A DNA stretch of 64,000 nucleotides, taken from Candidatus Kapaibacteriota bacterium (lineage in GTDB: Bacteria > Bacteroidota > Ignavibacteria > Kapaibacteriales > Kapaibacteriaceae). The position numbers and the translations under genes are program-made. The notes under the pieces were generated by a model. It did no database searches and was not told the origin of the DNA. It worked only from the letters and a program-made list of their open reading frames with translations. The DNA lies in the NCBI GenBank assembly GCA_046595995.1, contig JBKJNB010000116.1, positions 44,744-108,743 of the forward strand, in the 5' to 3' direction. Numbering within the stretch: the stretch's first letter is position 1; every line of letters starts with the position of its first letter. This document shows, in pieces, positions 49,783 to 59,189 of the stretch.

Positions 49783-50771
49783 GTCTGGATTATCGCAGCT
49801 CTGGTGTAGACATCGAGGCAGGTGAGACGCTTGTCGATTCGATCAAACCATACGTAAAAGCTACCCGAACTGCCGGTGTCATGTCTGACATAGGTCTCTT
49901 TGGTGGGTTCTTCGACGCACGTTTTCCGGGTTACGATCACCCCGTACTCGTTGCAAGCACCGATGGCGTTGGCACGAAGCTAATGGTTGCCGTTATGGCC
50001 GACGTGCATGACACTGTTGGACAGTGCCTAGTGAACCACTGCGTAAACGATATCCTTGCATGTGGTGCACGTCCGCAGTTCTTCCTCGATTACTTCGCTA
50101 CAGGGCAGCTCAACACGCGCGTTGCTCGCGATGTTATTAAGGGCATGGCACAAGCCTGCATCGAAAATGATTGCGCCTTGCTAGGTGGTGAGACAGCAGA
50201 GATGCCGTCCATGTATTCAGATGGCGATTACGATGTAGCAGGAACTATTGTTGGCGTTGTAGACAAGGCAAACATTCTAAATGGTGAAAAGGTTAACATC
50301 GGCGACGTACTTATCGGACTACCATCGACGGGTCTGCATACCAACGGTTTTTCTTTAGCTCGTACTGCACTGTTCCCGAAGTACGGAATTCACGACCACG
50401 TACCTGCACTAGGTTCTACAATAGCCGAAGCGTTGTTAGCTGTACACAGGTCCTACCTCAAGCCCCTTATGCCCCTTATCGAAGGCGGACTCATACACGC
50501 GCTGTCGCACATTACTGGTGGCGGCCTCGTAGGTAACACATCAAGGGTCTTGCGCACGGGTCTTGCACTCGACATTGATTGGAATGCATGGTCTGCACCA
50601 CCGATCTTCAGTCTCATTCAAGAGAGCGGCATCTCCGATGATGAGATGCGTAAGGTCTTCAATATGGGCGTGGGCATGATTGCTGTTGTTGCGTCGGATA
50701 AAGTGGAAAATGTTATGACCCGTCTAGCGCCTGAACGACCGTTCGTTGTTGGTCGTATCACTGGTTCCTAG
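49779..50771 (+). CDS. purM: Phosphoribosylformylglycinamidine cyclo-ligase (AIR synthetase)
   Basis: MSLDYRSSGVDIEAGE...VASTDGVGTKL. Confidence 0.9.
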   Translation: MSLDYRSSGVDIEAGETLVDSIKPYVKATRTAGVMSDIGLFGGFFDARFPGYDHPVLVASTDGVGTKLMVAVMADVHDTVGQCLVNHCVNDILACGARPQFFLDYFATGQLNTRVARDVIKGMAQACIENDCALLGGETAEMPSMYSDGDYDVAGTIVGVVDKANILNGEKVNIGDVLIGLPSTGLHTNGFSLARTALFPKYGIHDHVPALGSTIAEALLAVHRSYLKPLMPLIEGGLIHALSHITGGGLVGNTSRVLRTGLALDIDWNAWSAPPIFSLIQESGISDDEMRKVFNMGVGMIAVVASDKVENVMTRLAPERPFVVGRITGS

Positions 50772-53401
50772 TGCTAACGGATGCACGACGTGTCCTTGCA
50801 GAGGTGTTCGGCTTCGAAACCTTTCGCAGCGGACAGCAGGACATCATCCAGGCCGTTTCAATTGGCAGAGATGTTCTTGGTGTGCTTCCAACGGGTGGCG
50901 GAAAGTCGCTGTGCTTTCAAATTCCTGCATTGCTTAGGCCAGGCGTAACGCTCGTCGTGTCGCCACTCATAGCATTGATGAAAGATCAGACGCAACGCTT
51001 GCGAGAACGCGGCGTGTCTGCGGCAGCATTGCACGGGGGTATGCCTTCGGATGAGATGAACGGAGTCCTGCGCGAAGCAGCATTAGGCCGTGTAAGGCTC
51101 CTTTATGTCGCCCCGGAAAGACTCGAGAGCACAACATTTCGCAAACAATTACAATCGATTCGCATCGGGTTGCTTGCTGTGGACGAGGCTCACTGTATCT
51201 CGGAGTGGGGCCATGACTATCGTCCGTCCTACCTCGCAATTCCACAGATCTTCGACAGCATCCCACGTGTGCCGATAATTGCTCTCACTGCAACCGCAAC
51301 TCCCGACGTTCGCGCCGACGTAATTCGCGCACTTCAGATGAAGAGTGCAGTAGAGGTAGTACGTGGTTTCGACCGACCGAATCTCTCGCTTCGCGTTGAA
51401 AACACACCGTGGAAGGCAGAGTTCATTACGCGCACGGTTAGGCGCACAGACGGAGCAGTGCTTGTGTATGCAGGTTCGCGCAGGCGGGTAGACACGATTG
51501 CAGATGAGTTGCGCCGGCGTGGAATCGATGCTGGTGCGTATCACGCCGGCAAGAGTGACTCAGAGCGTTCTGACGTGCAGGATAGCTTTATTGAGGGCAC
51601 AAAGCCAGTGCTGGTGGCAACAAGTGCATTCGGCATGGGCATCGACAAGGCAGATATTCGCAATGTGATACACGCCGACCTCACTCTTACACTAGAGGCG
51701 TATTATCAAGAGGCAGGTCGCGCCGGTAGGGATGGCGAACCAGCCGCGTGCACGCTCCTATACCAGCAACCAGATCGCAGGTTAATGGAATTTTTTATTG
51801 AGAGCACGTATCCCGAACGGAAAGCGATCGACGCAGTGTATGAATACGTGTATGACAGATCTGGCGTAAGCGTCGGAGGTACTCCGACTGAACCCGTCTT
51901 GGCCGATTCAGCGAGCATTGGAACTGATCTTCATATACCGGTAGCCGTTGTGAACGGCTCATTGAGCGTGTTAGAACGCGGGGGCATACTGCTGCGCACC
52001 AGCCCCACGGGCTCATCACGCATACGGATGCGTACTTCCCGAGAGCGCCTCGAAGAATTCGCGACGGCAACACGTGGAACACATCACGGGATAGTAGACG
52101 CTATCGTACGACTTGTGGGAGGGCGCGACATGTCGCACGATGTCGAATTCTCATTACATGAATTTGTACGCCGACATGGCTTCACAATTCCGGAGTTTGC
52201 CAGGGCGATGCATGCCCTGCAAATGGCACGACTGATTCGGTATACACCTCCGTCGGTCGGGGGTGGTATCATCTTGAGCGATGCGCGCACCGCGTCATCG
52301 GCGATTGCAATTGATATGGACTCCCTCCATCGCAGACGGGAACATGCAGTACGGAAACTCGAGGTGGTTGTTCGCTACGCCGAAAGCGTTCAGTGTAAGC
52401 GTACGTTCATTCTACACTACTTTGGTGATCCAGAAGTTAAGGGTGATTGCGGACGATGCTCGTCGTGTCTGTCTACAACGTCGCTTCGTGCGCTTGGAGA
52501 CCGGCAGCTAGCCATCGCGCATGCTGTGATGAGGGCGGCATACGAGGTGCAAGGACGCTTCGGACGCAACGTTATGGCTGACGTCGTTACGGGCACAGTT
52601 TCGCCGAAGGTTACTTCCTATGCCTTGGATCGGTCTATCGTTTGGAATACACTTGGCGAACGATCGCGATATGAGGTTCTAGAAGTGATTGATGAATGTC
52701 TGCAACGTGGCTGGCTTGTTCAAACATCGTCGCTGTATCCCACCATCGGCGTGGGCAGCGAAGGTGCGAAGCAGATTCGCCCGCTACCATCGCCCCTTAC
52801 TCTTGAGACCCCTGCAAAGAAGAATGCCCAGCCGTCTGCATTGACGATGCGTGCTCTGACGACTCTACGGAGTCAGCTTGCAAATCGAGAGGGTGTGCCA
52901 GCGTCATCGCTTGTGGGGCTTTCCGAGCTCGAACGCATTGCTTCTGACATGCCGATGTCTGCGGAGGAACTTGTACCCGCACGTCATGGGAGCGCGTTGT
53001 TCCTTTCACGTCATGGGGCAGACGTGGTTGCACTTATGCGCGAGATAGCCGAACCAAGCGTGCGTAGTGTTCCGAAAATTGTTCTTGACGAAGAAACTCT
53101 GCGAACAGTCGAAGCCGTCCGTGACGGTTGGTCGTTGGTCACCGTTGCACGGTCGCGCAAGATTACACCTGCGATGGCCGCTCACCATCTCGAGCAAGCA
53201 CTCAAGGCCGGGAAGCAGGTAGAGCGATCTTCGCTGGTGCCCGATGGTTTGTACGCAGACGTGGTAGACTACATGCGCACACACCGCCATGCCAAGCTGC
53301 GACATGTGCGAGAGCACATACAGCACGACGCCGAACTTGTTGTACTTCGACTGGCTCTTGCTTTTGCGAGACGTGAGCTCTTTAACGAAGGAATGGAATG
53401 A
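50771..53401 (+). CDS. recQ: RecQ-family ATP-dependent DNA helicase with a long C-terminal extension
   Basis: FGFETFRSGQQDIIQAV, DEAHCISEWGHDYRP and a Zn/WH region (CGRCSSC), then HRDC plus about 150 extra residues. Probable GTG start overlapping the purM stop. Confidence 0.88.
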   Translation: MLTDARRVLAEVFGFETFRSGQQDIIQAVSIGRDVLGVLPTGGGKSLCFQIPALLRPGVTLVVSPLIALMKDQTQRLRERGVSAAALHGGMPSDEMNGVLREAALGRVRLLYVAPERLESTTFRKQLQSIRIGLLAVDEAHCISEWGHDYRPSYLAIPQIFDSIPRVPIIALTATATPDVRADVIRALQMKSAVEVVRGFDRPNLSLRVENTPWKAEFITRTVRRTDGAVLVYAGSRRRVDTIADELRRRGIDAGAYHAGKSDSERSDVQDSFIEGTKPVLVATSAFGMGIDKADIRNVIHADLTLTLEAYYQEAGRAGRDGEPAACTLLYQQPDRRLMEFFIESTYPERKAIDAVYEYVYDRSGVSVGGTPTEPVLADSASIGTDLHIPVAVVNGSLSVLERGGILLRTSPTGSSRIRMRTSRERLEEFATATRGTHHGIVDAIVRLVGGRDMSHDVEFSLHEFVRRHGFTIPEFARAMHALQMARLIRYTPPSVGGGIILSDARTASSAIAIDMDSLHRRREHAVRKLEVVVRYAESVQCKRTFILHYFGDPEVKGDCGRCSSCLSTTSLRALGDRQLAIAHAVMRAAYEVQGRFGRNVMADVVTGTVSPKVTSYALDRSIVWNTLGERSRYEVLEVIDECLQRGWLVQTSSLYPTIGVGSEGAKQIRPLPSPLTLETPAKKNAQPSALTMRALTTLRSQLANREGVPASSLVGLSELERIASDMPMSAEELVPARHGSALFLSRHGADVVALMREIAEPSVRSVPKIVLDEETLRTVEAVRDGWSLVTVARSRKITPAMAAHHLEQALKAGKQVERSSLVPDGLYADVVDYMRTHRHAKLRHVREHIQHDAELVVLRLALAFARRELFNEGME

Positions 53402-56400
53402 CATACATTCGTCAATTACTCGCTGTTGTGATCTGCGTAGCTACCGCCACGACCCTGATTGCTGGCGAACAGCTCATCGTTGAGCTACGCCCATTCGTGG
53501 CACAGGAACGTGCAGTGCGCAGCACGGGCGGCGTACCCATCGTGTCTCGACTTACCACAATGAAAGTGGTTGAACAAACACTTTCAACTACACAGACTGA
53601 AGCACTACGAGCGCTCGAGCGTTATGTCGTCTTGGACATTGGTAACGAGGACCGTGATGTCGCCATTCGTCGTCTGTCCAAACTGCCAGACGTAGCACGC
53701 GTGCATGTCAACCATCGATTTGGTCTGCATGCCGAGGCGCTCACGAACGATTCTCTCTCGACAAAGCAATACGCACTCTATACCGTGAATGCCAAGCAAG
53801 CATGGACGAAGGCGACCGGGAATGGCGTTATCGTGGGCGTGCTCGACACTGGTGTAGACTGGATGCACGAAGATCTGCGCCGTGCTCTCGCTGTGAACAG
53901 TCGCGAAGACTATAATAAAAACGGCATGTTCGATGCATGGCCCATCGACCAGACTGTTGATGGGGTAGGGGGCGACCTTGATGGCATCGACAACGACGGC
54001 AACGGATACGTCGATGATGTAATTGGTTATGATTTTGTTGATCAAGACACTCGGAATCTTGGTGATGACAGAGAGCGAGACCCATTCCCGTTCGATGAGC
54101 AGGGTCATGGCACATCCGTGGCAGGAGTGATTTCTGCGACACCAAATAACAAGGTTGGTATTGCCGGCCTTGCCTTCGATGCGCGTGTGTTAGCGCTTCG
54201 TGCATTCGACGCAACCGGTAACGCAGAAGAGGATGATATTGCCGCGGCAATAGTCTACGCTGTGCTGCGAGGCGCACGCGTTATTAACATGAGCTTCGGT
54301 GATGGTGTCGATGCACCAGTACTTCGTGATGCTGTGCGCTTTGCTGCCTCGTTCGGTTGTACGCTTGTGGCGTCCGCTGGTAATTCTGGGCTCATCACGC
54401 GGCAGTTTCCAGCTGGCTATGACGACGTTATTGCCGTTGGCTCTACCAATGCTGACGATCAACGGTCTCCGTTTTCTAGCACTGGTTCACTGCTTGCGGT
54501 TACAGCGCCGGGAGAGGCCATCGTAACGACACAAGCAGGGGGCGGATATCGCACGGTAAGCGGCACATCGTTCGCAGCACCGTATGTCGCTGCGGCTGCT
54601 GCACTGTTGATGGAGCGTGCACCAACGCTGTCTGCAGACGAAGTACGCGGCACGCTCGAAGAGCAATCCATCGACCTAGGTCCACATGGATGGGATGTCG
54701 AATACGGTTCCGGACGCATCGATGCATTGAAACCCCTTACAACCCCTTCGTGGGCACTTGTGCGTATTACGAACATCCGCAACGAGCAAGAGGTGGACGT
54801 TCAGACGACGACATCGCTCGACGTGCGCGGATCGGCAGCGGCTACTCTGTTTGATTCGTATGCACTTTATGTTGGCGCCGGACTCGAGCCGACGGTATGG
54901 ACGTTGCTCGGCGAGGGTGTGCAATTGCGCGACGGTGTTCTGGGTGCGTTGCCCTCGAACGCGTTAAGCATCGGACTCAACACATTGCGTCTGGTGGTAA
55001 CGCTGCAAAACGGTCGCACGATTGAAGATCGGAAGCGTATTGAGGCGGTTGGTGCAGCGACGCTCGCATTTACTGCGTTCGAGTTTGTTAGCGCGTGGAA
55101 GGACGATACGCGCGTACCAGTGATGACCTTTCGTACGAATCGTCCAACATCGTGCGTGGTGCGCTACCGCGCCGTGGGAACGACGCTGTATAACGAGTTT
55201 ACCGACATGTGGAGTGAGGCACGTACACATTCATTCGCGCTGCCTAATGTGCTGCCCGGACTTGCGTACGAATACATTGTGTCGTGCGTTGCTGACGGTG
55301 GCGAACGTGTGGAGCGTAGCGAGAGCATGATCGTCGAGGACATTGCAGCGCGCGTTCAGGGATGGGCTACGATTAATGATGAGTCATTTGCGGGTTACGT
55401 ATTCAATGATGTGCGCGATCTGTACGGTGACGGCAGCCCAGGCTTCATTATGAACGACCTGGGAAGTGGATCGTTCGGTAAAATGAAGTCAGTTACTCGC
55501 ACGACGTCTGGATTCACTCCCCGCGATACAACGCAAGACGTCTGGATACCTCGAGGTATCGGTGATTCGAATGGCGACGGTATAGACGAAGTGTTTGGAC
55601 ATGTCGTTGGACAAGCGCGCCTTTTCCAAGCCGAGACAAAAAATGGCAATCCGTTTGCACGTACACTATTCGCCGATACAACGAGCAAGCGTTGGAATGC
55701 AGCGGGTATGTATGATGTCGACAAGGATGGTAAACCCGACTTACTCATGCTCTCAGATTCTGGCTGTCTGGCCGTTGCATACCACAATGGCGCATATGTG
55801 CGCCTGGGTGTTGCGTCGAATCCGACACCTCCTGCACCGGGAACGCAAGCCAATCGCGTCGACGAAATATCAATAGCGGCAGGCGATTTCGACGGCGATG
55901 GAAACGTAGAGATTGCGTTCTCCGATACCGATGGTGACTTGGTGATAAGCGAGTTTATTAACGGAAACTTCCGAACTGAATTTGTTAACGAAAACACAGG
56001 CAATGGTGGTTCGGGATACGTTGCACGTATTGACATTGACGGCGATACACGTCCGGAGGTAGTCTTCGGCGTTCCTGATAGCACGCAGCCCAACTCTGAG
56101 CGTGATTACGGACGCCAGCTTTGGACCTACAAAATTTTTGGTGGAGGCAGTCCAGACACGTACACGCAGATTTGGACTGATCGTATCTCGGGCGTTCGTA
56201 CCGGCATTGGTTTTCGCAATGGCCTTGGTGCGGGGCAGCTTGATATGCGAGGTGGTGATGAGTTGGTTATCTGCGCTTTCACTCGCCTTTACGTGTTCTC
56301 GTGGTCCGATGGGGTAGCCACAGGGCAACCAATCTGGTACCGAGCTGACGTAGTGTCGCCCCGCTTCCTTGTCTACGACTTTAATAACGATGGTGTAAAC

Positions 56401-57663
56401 GAGCTCGGCTTCGGCACTACGCTTGCTGGGCAGGGCTACATGTCGGGGTTCAGGTTTTCGCAAATGGACACTGCGGTTGCACAACGATCGATTCCACGCG
56501 GAGTGCGTGCACGTCTGACGACAGACACCACAGTACTCGTTACATGGTCGGTGGTGCCTGGTGCGCAACGCTACATTGTGTTTCGTTCGACAAACATCGA
56601 TGCTGTCTTCAAACGCGTCGACAGCAGCACAACATCTGTACTGCCATTGCAGCCGATAGCACCAGGAGAAACACATCGTTATCGTGTGAGTGCAGTGCTA
56701 CAGTCAGGCGAAAGTCTCCGTTCGGCAACTGTCACCGTGCAGTCTGCAGTAGCCTCGATCGCCGTAGCTCTTGAACCCGAAACGCTCAGCACACTCGATT
56801 TCGCACGAGGTGCTTCGATTCGCGTGCGTTACAGTGGTTCGATGGCTCAGCGTTCCATCGATGCCGCTTCGTTCACTCTACTTCAGAACAACACAATCGT
56901 TGCCATCGGCGCATCAGTTGTGCTCGCCGGCGACAGCACGCTCGTAGTAGGCTTTACGGCCTTGACACTACCGGCTGGTGCATACGTGCTACGTTGTGGT
57001 TCGGTCCGCAGTGCATTCGATGTACCCTCGCGTCAGTCCGACCTCGATCTAACCGTAACCGCGTCGGTTCCGTACGACGAAGTGGTGTTAACGCGTCTAC
57101 TCGTCGTCGATGCGTTCACTGTCAGGTTGTTCTTTGATCGCCCCGTAACGTCGGCATCTGCATCAATCATAACCAACTATAGCATAACTCCAATTGGTGA
57201 GATTGCATCCGTCGAGCACAATGCAGACAGTTTAACCATACACTTCAGTCCATCAGTTCCAATGGGTGCTCTTGGCACAACGTACTACGTCACGGTAAGA
57301 AATGTTATCGGACTGGATGGGGCTGCGATAACGCAAGGGGCTGGCAATACGTTGGGATTCGTGTTCGCGGCGAACGACCTTGCGGATGTGTACGTCTATC
57401 CACATCCGGCGGTGCTTAGCAGGGACGCATCGATCACGTTTGCTAATCTAACGAACGAAGCAGATGTTGAGATTCTTGATCAGCGCTTCGAAGTTGTGGC
57501 CCGCGTGAAGGAACGTGACGGTAACGGAGGGGCGGAGTGGGACATGCGTGATGCGCGTGGTGTGACCGTACCGCCCGGAGTGTACTTCTACAGGGTGCTT
57601 GCACCATCGGCCGACAATGTGTCTGTTGAGTCGGGACTAAGGAAAATGCTGATTCGAAGGTAG
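53398..57663 (+). CDS. Secreted multidomain subtilisin (S8) peptidase with FG-GAP/VCBS-like repeats, an Fn3-like domain and a T9SS C-terminal sorting domain
   Basis: Signal peptide, then an S8 catalytic triad (VLDTGVD, HGTSVAG, GTSFAAPYVAAAAAL). Repeats DSNGDGIDEV, DVDKDGKPDL, DFDGDGNVEI and DIDGDTRPEV. The C-terminus YVYPHPAVLSRDASITF...GVYFYRV is a Por_Secre_tail. ATGA overlap with recQ. Confidence 0.85.
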   Translation: MTYIRQLLAVVICVATATTLIAGEQLIVELRPFVAQERAVRSTGGVPIVSRLTTMKVVEQTLSTTQTEALRALERYVVLDIGNEDRDVAIRRLSKLPDVARVHVNHRFGLHAEALTNDSLSTKQYALYTVNAKQAWTKATGNGVIVGVLDTGVDWMHEDLRRALAVNSREDYNKNGMFDAWPIDQTVDGVGGDLDGIDNDGNGYVDDVIGYDFVDQDTRNLGDDRERDPFPFDEQGHGTSVAGVISATPNNKVGIAGLAFDARVLALRAFDATGNAEEDDIAAAIVYAVLRGARVINMSFGDGVDAPVLRDAVRFAASFGCTLVASAGNSGLITRQFPAGYDDVIAVGSTNADDQRSPFSSTGSLLAVTAPGEAIVTTQAGGGYRTVSGTSFAAPYVAAAAALLMERAPTLSADEVRGTLEEQSIDLGPHGWDVEYGSGRIDALKPLTTPSWALVRITNIRNEQEVDVQTTTSLDVRGSAAATLFDSYALYVGAGLEPTVWTLLGEGVQLRDGVLGALPSNALSIGLNTLRLVVTLQNGRTIEDRKRIEAVGAATLAFTAFEFVSAWKDDTRVPVMTFRTNRPTSCVVRYRAVGTTLYNEFTDMWSEARTHSFALPNVLPGLAYEYIVSCVADGGERVERSESMIVEDIAARVQGWATINDESFAGYVFNDVRDLYGDGSPGFIMNDLGSGSFGKMKSVTRTTSGFTPRDTTQDVWIPRGIGDSNGDGIDEVFGHVVGQARLFQAETKNGNPFARTLFADTTSKRWNAAGMYDVDKDGKPDLLMLSDSGCLAVAYHNGAYVRLGVASNPTPPAPGTQANRVDEISIAAGDFDGDGNVEIAFSDTDGDLVISEFINGNFRTEFVNENTGNGGSGYVARIDIDGDTRPEVVFGVPDSTQPNSERDYGRQLWTYKIFGGGSPDTYTQIWTDRISGVRTGIGFRNGLGAGQLDMRGGDELVICAFTRLYVFSWSDGVATGQPIWYRADVVSPRFLVYDFNNDGVNELGFGTTLAGQGYMSGFRFSQMDTAVAQRSIPRGVRARLTTDTTVLVTWSVVPGAQRYIVFRSTNIDAVFKRVDSSTTSVLPLQPIAPGETHRYRVSAVLQSGESLRSATVTVQSAVASIAVALEPETLSTLDFARGASIRVRYSGSMAQRSIDAASFTLLQNNTIVAIGASVVLAGDSTLVVGFTALTLPAGAYVLRCGSVRSAFDVPSRQSDLDLTVTASVPYDEVVLTRLLVVDAFTVRLFFDRPVTSASASIITNYSITPIGEIASVEHNADSLTIHFSPSVPMGALGTTYYVTVRNVIGLDGAAITQGAGNTLGFVFAANDLADVYVYPHPAVLSRDASITFANLTNEADVEILDQRFEVVARVKERDGNGGAEWDMRDARGVTVPPGVYFYRVLAPSADNVSVESGLRKMLIRR

Positions 57664-57683
57664 CAGTCGGATTGCACCAATGG

Positions 57684-59108
57684 TCAGGTTTGCAGGAGCC
57701 TACGCAAGCCCCCTGCGTCGCCATTGCTGAGAACGGCAACGACATCGCCCTTCTGCACGCGTGATTCGAACCATTTAGCCGCTTGTTCTCCCCATGACGT
57801 GTCTGCCAATGCAGCATCAATAACTAACACCTCGGGTCCGCGAAGTTGAATCTCATTCTTCAGGCGCGTGGTGTCGAGTCTGTCTTCGAGACTATACCGT
57901 TCAGGACGATTAACAGGACCAATGCAAACACTTGCGCTTCCGTCGAAACATTCGGCAAGTTCTTTCTGAAAGAATGAACGTGTCGTGGTATTCGATCGTG
58001 GCTCAAAGCACACATGAAGGTTTGCCGTAGGGTAGCGTTGTCGCAACGCGCTAATCGTTGCAGCAATCGCAGTTGGATGATGCGCGAAGTCGTCAATTAC
58101 AACTGCGCCGCGCCAGGTAGCGATGACTTGCAGGCGGCGTTGGGGTGGGGTGAAGCTTGGCATTGCTCTCTGTATCTGCTCAAACTCAACGCCTGCATGA
58201 ACGCAAGCAACTGCTGCCATGGTTGCATTACGCATGTTGTGCTCTCCGGGCATACGTAGCCTGAAAGACCCTTGGTTGACCCCTGCCTGCACAAGTGTCC
58301 ATGACGTCACTTCAGCATCGTACTGCACGTCTTCTATGCGCCAAAAGGCATCAGCAGATAGACCAACGGTTTGCATAGGTGCAAACGAATGATTCGCTGC
58401 TCGCAATGCATTGGTGTCGTCAGCATTCACAAGCACCACGCCATTGGATGGCACAATACGAACGAGATGCTCGAATGAACGCACTATAGCGTCGAGGTCC
58501 GGAAAGATGTCAGCGTGATCGAACTCAATGTTGTTTACAATCGCAATCGTTGGTCGATAGTGAACAAACTTGCTTCGTTTATCAAAAAACGCAGTGTCAT
58601 ACTCGTCGCCTTCGCTAACGAATATTCCCGAAGGTGTGTTGTGCAGTGTTGTAGGAACCGGACGACATCCCGACGAGAACATGGCAAGGACACCGCCAAT
58701 GAAGAAGCCAGGCTGACGTCCGGCATGCTCGAGCAACCATGCGGTAATTGCAGAGGTTGTTGTCTTGCCATGTGTGCCACTGACAACAATCGACGTGTTG
58801 CGGTCGATAAAGAGCTCACCCACAAGAGCGGCCATCGATGTCATTGGTATGCGGTTGTTAAGCACGACTTCGAGTTCTGGATTGCCACGGCTAATAGCAT
58901 TGCCAATGATTACACGGTCCGGCGCTTGTGAAACAAGCTTATCGGCATCATAGCCGTCGTACCAACGGATTCCGGCCGAGTGTAGAACATCGGACATCGG
59001 CGGATACACTGCGGTGTCACTGCCAGTTACGATATGGCCAAGGTTACTGCATGCGATAGCCAGCGAACCCATAGCCGTGCCGCCAATACCAACAAAGTGG
59101 AGTTTCAT
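57684..59108 (-). CDS. mpl: UDP-N-acetylmuramate:L-alanyl-gamma-D-glutamyl-meso-DAP ligase (murein peptide ligase)
   Basis: MKLHFVGIGGTAMGSLAIACSNLGHIVTGSDTAVYPPMSDVL matches Mpl rather than MurC. Confidence 0.8.
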   Translation of the reverse strand: MKLHFVGIGGTAMGSLAIACSNLGHIVTGSDTAVYPPMSDVLHSAGIRWYDGYDADKLVSQAPDRVIIGNAISRGNPELEVVLNNRIPMTSMAALVGELFIDRNTSIVVSGTHGKTTTSAITAWLLEHAGRQPGFFIGGVLAMFSSGCRPVPTTLHNTPSGIFVSEGDEYDTAFFDKRSKFVHYRPTIAIVNNIEFDHADIFPDLDAIVRSFEHLVRIVPSNGVVLVNADDTNALRAANHSFAPMQTVGLSADAFWRIEDVQYDAEVTSWTLVQAGVNQGSFRLRMPGEHNMRNATMAAVACVHAGVEFEQIQRAMPSFTPPQRRLQVIATWRGAVVIDDFAHHPTAIAATISALRQRYPTANLHVCFEPRSNTTTRSFFQKELAECFDGSASVCIGPVNRPERYSLEDRLDTTRLKNEIQLRGPEVLVIDAALADTSWGEQAAKWFESRVQKGDVVAVLSNGDAGGLRRLLQT

Positions 59109-59189
59109 GCCAAACGCCTAAGAAAACGGTATCTTACTTCAATGCGGCAAAGATATAGCTGCCTCCTACTGAACGTTATTGGTGATTCT

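Noticed and set aside
55395-56676. Two minus-strand ORFs of 232 and 268 aa
   Set aside because: Antisense to the S8/FG-GAP gene, which has clear catalytic and CTD motifs. No signal, no motifs.
57755-57775. gattcgaacc string reminiscent of a tRNA T-arm
   Set aside because: Lies inside the mpl coding sequence. No acceptor, D or anticodon arms can be folded around it.
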